Shown here one piece after another: positions 56,520-64,000 of a stretch of DNA of 64,000 nucleotides (the stretch's first letter is position 1; the number at the start of each line of letters is the position of its first letter). Made by a program: the position numbers and the translations under genes. The notes under the pieces were generated by a model. It searched no databases. It was given only the letters and a program-made list of their open reading frames with translations, and was not told where the DNA came from. The DNA is from Eledone cirrhosa (taxonomy: Eukaryota): NCBI GenBank assembly GCA_964016885.1, contig OZ024745.1, positions 23,188,001 to 23,252,000 on the forward strand, in the 5' to 3' direction.

Positions 56520-57579
56520 TGTTGTAAAGCTTGGAAAAGTAACGAGTTACGATAATAAACGGCGACGATGACGATGAAAGCGATGACGGCGAGAGTACTG
56601 ATAACGATGATGATGATGACAGAGGGGGGGGGGGTAAGATATATAGATATATATATATATATATATAAATATAAATATCTATCTATAGATATATATATAT
56701 ATATAAATATCTATCTATATATATAGATAGATATATGTAAATGTATGCGTGTATATATATGTGTGTTTGTGTGTGTGCTTATGTTTGTGTTTGTGTGTGC
56801 GTTTATATATATACATATATATATGTGTGTGTGTGTGTGCTGTTGATTTTGCTATTTTTTTTTTGTTGTTGTTGTTGCTGCTGCTTCTTACTAATATTGA
56901 GAATTATGATGATGATGATGATGATGATGATGATAATAAATAGTGATGGTGATGATGATGATGATATTGTTAATACTACTTCAGTAAGGGTGTGATTATA
57001 TATATATATATATATGTACATAGGTGTGTATAGATATATATATATAGATATATATGTGTGTATGTTTATGTGTGTGAGTCGGGAGGGGAGGGATGGGGAG
57101 AAGGAGGTGTCTTTCTTTCTGTCTTTTTTTCTTTCTTTCTTTTGTTTTCTTTTCTCCCCCTTTCTCTCTCTTACTCTCTCTGTCTCTCTGTCTCTCTCTC
57201 TCTATATATATATATATATCTGTCTCTCAGTCAGACAGTGTTTCAGCGAAAAAACACGACAGCCGGCTACTGACGTCTAGAAGCCACATTTCTTTCTGTT
57301 TGAAAACTCCGAGCCTTCTCTCTCTCGCTCTCTCTCATTCTCTCTCGCTCGCTCTCTATATCTCTCTCTCTCATGCTCACTCTCTCACTCTCTCTCACTC
57401 ACTCTCTATATCTCTCTCATTCTCTCTCGCTCACTCTATATCTCTCTCTCACTCTCTATATCTCTCTCATTCTCTCTCGCTCACTCTCTATCTCTCTCGC
57501 TTACTCTCTCTCTCTCACTCGCTTACTCACTCTCTATCAACTCATTCTTTCTCGCTCCCTCTTTCTTTCAATCTCTCTC

Positions 57580-58456
<877 letters not shown>

Positions 58457-58542
58457 CGTTGTTTTATTATCTCCATCTCGCTTCGGTTTCCAACTTTTCT
58501 TTATTTTCTATTTAATATATCTATCTTTCTATCTATCTGTCC

Positions 58543-58574
<32 letters not shown>

Positions 58575-60914
58575 TTATCTATTTCACTCTTTCTCACACA
58601 CACCCTCTTTCTCACTCACTCACTCATTCATTCGCATACATACTTCGTCTCACACACACACGCACACACACACACCCACACACACACATACATACACAGA
58701 CGCCTTCTCTCTTTGTCTATATTTACACCGCCGCTGAAACAACCACTACAACCACCACCACTGCATGGCGGGCGCCATCGCCGTCATTACGACCACCACC
58801 GCCGTCGCTGTCGCGCTGGCACTACCACCATTGCCGTTTCTACCACCGCTGCCGTCATAACAACTAACACAGTCGCCACTGCCAGCACCACTACCACCGT
58901 CTCAAAGCCTCTACCACTGCCGCCGCTGTTACCACCACCACCACCACTACCACACCACCACCACCACCACCACCACCACCACCACCACCACCACCACCAC
59001 CACCACACCCACAACCACCACCATCCTTGCTGCCGCTATTAGCACCACCACCAGCGACACCGCCGCCAACACCACCACAACCGCCGCCGCTATTACTATC
59101 ACCGACGCCACCACCACCACCACCAGCACTCCTGCCGTTATTACCACCACCACCACCACCACCATCACTTACACTGCCGCCGCCACCACCACTAAAACCA
59201 TCATCACGACCACGACGACCACCATCACCCCCCCCCCCCCCCACCATATTACAACTTTGCCACTAGCATATTAAAACTTTCTCTTTCCCCCTCCACCACC
59301 ACTCACTCTCTTACACTCTCTTTCTCTCTATTGTTCCTTTGTTACTCTCTTTTTCTTATTCTCATTCTCTCTTGCTTTCATTTCACTCTGTCTCTCATCT
59401 TTCATTCTCTCTCCTTTTCAATTACTCTGTCAGTCGTTCTCTCTCCTTCTCTCCCTCTCTCCTTACTCTCACTCTCAGTCTCTTTTCTATTTATTCTTAC
59501 TATTTCTTTTGCTCTCTTTTTTCTCTTTCTCTCTCTATATGCCTGTCTTTCTCACCTCCTCTCTTCTTTAGATGTAATCCTCTCTCTCTTTCAATGTACT
59601 CTATCTATCTATCTTATTCTGTCCATGTCTTCTTAAACTTTATCGTCCACCACCGCCACCACCAACAACAACAACAACAACACCACCACCACCACCACCA
59701 CCACCACCACCAGCATCACCACCACCACCACCACCACCACCACCACCACCACCACCACCACCACCACCATCACCACCACCACTACCACCACCACCACCAG
59801 CACCACCACCACCACCATTACCACCACCACCACCACCACCACCACCACCACCACCACCACCACCACCACTACCACCACCACCACCACCACCACCACCACC
59901 ACCACCACCACCAACACCAGCACCACCACCACCAACACCAGCACCACCACCACCACCACCAACACCAGCACCACCATTACCACCACCACCACCACCACCA
60001 CCACCACCACCATCATTACGATCACAACCACAACAACAACAACAATCACCACCAACTACCCATAACCACTGCCATTGCAGAGTGTCTCCGCCGCCATTTT
60101 AATCACCGACATTATCACTGGCAGTTGCTGCTTGTGATGATGATGATGATGATGATGATGGTAGTGGTCACCACAACCAGCACCACCAGCACCACCGATG
60201 ACAACAACAACAGCAACACTTGTACCTGTTATGCCGCCATTTCACTATCATTACCACAGAAATTGTCATCAAATTCACTATCAATGTCACAAACAGCTCC
60301 AACGCCACCACGACTGCAATCATCCCCACCACCAACACCACCATCATCACCATCACCCCCACCACCACCATCATCACCCCCACCCCACCCCCACCACCAT
60401 CACCAACACGAACACCACCACCAACACCACCACCACCCCCACCACCACCACCATCACCGCCAACACCACCATCACCAACACGAACACCACCACCAACATC
60501 ACAATCATCACCAACACCATCACCAACACCAACACCACCAACAACAACACCAACAATACCAACAACACCAACAACAACAACAACACCAACAACACCACCA
60601 ATACATTACAAAGAGCAACCCTTTGACGTTGTTGTCTCATCATCATCATCATCATTACCACCATCATCACCCCACCACCCCTACCACCACAAACACGTTC
60701 ACGGCCACTATCACTATCACCATCACCAACAAGACCGCCACCACCACAAAAAACACCAACAGCACCACCACCATCATCGATACCAGCACCAATACCTATA
60801 CCAACACCAACACTATCACGACTACCATACACCGCCATTTTATCCACAATGATTTCCGCCGTTGAATCCAGCGTTACTGTCACCGCCACCACCACCACCA
60901 CCACCACCAACAAC

Positions 60915-61619
60915 AACAACGCCAGTAATGACAACACCACCACCAACAACAACAACAACAACAACAACGCCAGTAAGGACACCACCACCACCACCACCGC
61001 CGCCACCACCACCACCAATAACAACAACAACCCCAGTAACGACACCGCCACCACCAGCAATAACAGCAACAACGCCAGTAACAAAACCACCGCCGGCGCC
61101 GCCAATAACAACAACAACAACGCCAGTAACGACACCGGCGCCACCACCACCAATAACAACAACAACGCCAGTAACGACACCGGCGCCACCACCACCAATA
61201 ACAACAACAACGCCAGTAACGACACCGCCACCAATAACAAGAACAACGCCAGTAACGACACCGCCGCCACCACCACCAATAACAAGAACAACGCCAGTAA
61301 CGACACCGCCGCCACCACCACCAATAACAAGAACAACGCCAGTAACGACACCGGCGCCACCACCACCAATAACAAGAACAACGCCAGTAACGACACCGGC
61401 GCCACCACCACCAATAACAACAACAACGCCAGTAACGACACCGCCACCAATAACAAGAACAACGCCAGTAACGACACCGGCGCCACCACCACCAATAACA
61501 AGAACAACGCCAGTAACGACACCGCCGCCACCACCACCAATAACAAGAACAACGCCAGTAACGACACCGGCGCCACCACCACCAATAACAAGAACAACGC
61601 CAGTAACGACACCGCCACC
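60915..61619. repeat. 33/42-bp trinucleotide-derived minisatellite
   Basis: Unit aataacaagaacaacgccagtaacgacacc(g/c)gcgccaccaccacc with shorter variants. Confidence 0.9.
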
Positions 61620-62259
61620 GTTTCTGCCGTAACCGGCAAGCTATTCCATCCCATATCTCCCATCCATCGCCCTTATAACCAATAAATATCGTAAACATCG
61701 TTCCCATCACCACCACCACCATCGCCATCACCATCGTCGTCGCCGTCATGGCATCACTCTCACAATCTTTTCGCACCACCACTATTACCACCACTACCAC
61801 CGCCACCACCACCACCACTACCAGCACCAGCACCACCAACACCACCACCTCTACCACCACCACTACCACCAACATATAGTAAATAAGAATCGTATTGTAA
61901 ACATGGTCACCTTTGCCAACACCACCACCACCACTATCACCATCATCATCATCATTACCAAACAGCCGTCACCTTCACACCACCACCACCACCACCTCCA
62001 CCACCATTACCACACTATCAGCACCACCGCACCGCCACCATTGTCCTTATCATCCATCATCTCGGTAAATATCGCCGTGGTTCTTCCACCCAATATAATC
62101 TCACCCCACTCCTTACTCTGATCACCGTCTTCATTACCGCCACCATCGATTCCATCATTATTATAAACTTATCTCCAACACCCAACACCACTACCACCAC
62201 CACCATGACAACGTCAGTAGCAACGGTATTGATCACCGCCTCAACCACCACTATCATTA

Positions 62260-63650
62260 TACCACAACACTAACACCACCAACAACAACACCACAACCAA
62301 CACTAACACCAACAACAACAACACCACTAACACCATCAACAACAACACCACCAACAGCACCAACAACACCACCAACAATAACACCAACAACACCACCAAA
62401 ACAACACCACAACCAACACCAACAACAACAACTCCAACACAACCAACAACACCAACAACACCAACACAACCAACACCAACACCACCAACAACAACACCAC
62501 AACCAACACCACCAACACCACCAACAACACCACCAACACCACCACCAACAACAACAACACCACCAACACCACCAACACCACCAACAACACCACCAACACC
62601 ACCACCAACAACAACACCACCACCAACACCACTAACACCACCACCAACACCACCAACACCACCACCACCAACAACAACACCACCACCAACACCACCAACA
62701 CCACCAACAACACCACCAACACCACCACCAACAACAACAACACCACCAACACCACCGACACCACCGACACCACCAACACCAACAACAACACCACCAACAC
62801 CAACAACAACACCACCAACACCACCGACACCACCAACACCACCAACACCACCAACAACAACAACACCACCAACACCACCAACAACACCACCAACACCACC
62901 AACAACAACACCACCACCAACACCACCAACACCACCAACACCACCAACAACACCACCAACACCACCACCAACAACAACAACACCACCAACACCACCAACA
63001 CCACCAACAACACCACCAACACCACCACCAACAACAACACCACCACCAACACCACCAACACCACCAACAACACCACCAACACCACCACCAACAACAACAC
63101 CACCACCAACACCAACAACACCACCACCAACACCACCAACACCACCGACACCACCAACACCAACACCACCAACACCACCAACAACAACAACACCACCAAC
63201 AACACCACCAACACCACCAACACCAACACCACCAACACCAACAAAACCAACACCACCAATACCACCAACAACACCACCAACAACACCACCAACACCGCCA
63301 ACACCACCAACACCAACAAAACCAACACCACCAATACCACCAACAACACCACCAACAACACCATCAACACCGCCAACACCACCAACACCAACAAAACCAA
63401 CACCACCAATACCACCAACAACACCACCAACACCGCCAACACCACCAACACCAACAAAACCAACACCACCAATACCACCAACACCACCACCAACAACACC
63501 ACCAACAACAACAACACCACCAACACCGCCAACACCACCAACACCACCAACACCAACAAAACTAACACCACCAACAACACCACCAACACCACCGACACCA
63601 ACAACACCACCAACACCGCCAACAACACCAACAACACCGACACCGACACC
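62260..63650. repeat. (CAC/CAA)n compound microsatellite
   Basis: About 1.4 kb of almost pure C/A triplets. Confidence 0.95.
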
Positions 63651-64000
63651 GCTACCATCATAGCCTTAACGTTTAAAAAAAAATCATCATCTGCAAAAAT
63701 CAACAACAAAACACAACACACCACGGCACTAACACCTCCACCATCACTACCGCCATTACCATCACCACGACACCACCACCACCACCACTACTTCTACCAT
63801 TACCATCACTACAGCGCTTATTTCAGTAAACATACACACACACACACATAGACACATACATATATACAGATGAACGCACACATTCACTCAGATATAGAGA
63901 CACAGGCCCAGAATCTCACATAGCCACACTCACGGATGCACATAAACAAATACATGCAGAGCCATTCATAGACACATACACAGAAACAAACGTACAAAGA

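Noticed and set aside
59339-63724. Poly-His, mucin-like, poly-Val/Leu and Trp/Cys-rich ORFs
   Set aside because: Trinucleotide-derived repeats that are open in several frames on both strands, with no domain or convincing splice context.

Overview
Animal genomic DNA, most likely a coleoid cephalopod (Octopus-like). This is inferred from extreme (TA)n/(CA)n/(GA)n density, trinucleotide-rich exons and tRNA-SINEs of a type I recognise from octopus. One large minus-strand gene spans most of the window: a SAMD11/SAMD7 (Samuel)-family protein with an N-terminal SAND domain (KDWK motif) and a C-terminal Polyhomeotic-type SAM domain. Six coding exons join with canonical GT-AG sites and matching phases: 49911..at least 53228 (upstream end lost in a 200-N gap), 9516..9706, 8911..9080, 5772..8172, 3852..5262 and 2533..2733. 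The first intron is 40.2 kb. It holds SINEs, Tc1/mariner and hAT MITEs, RTE-LINE fragments (one 5'-inverted) and minisatellites. It also holds many fold-back palindromes and short (TA)n-embedded elements with minimal hammerhead-ribozyme motifs of the Penelope-like type, one with a U3-A8 core. Most short ORFs in the track are microsatellite artefacts. Family assignments are from memory, not database searches.
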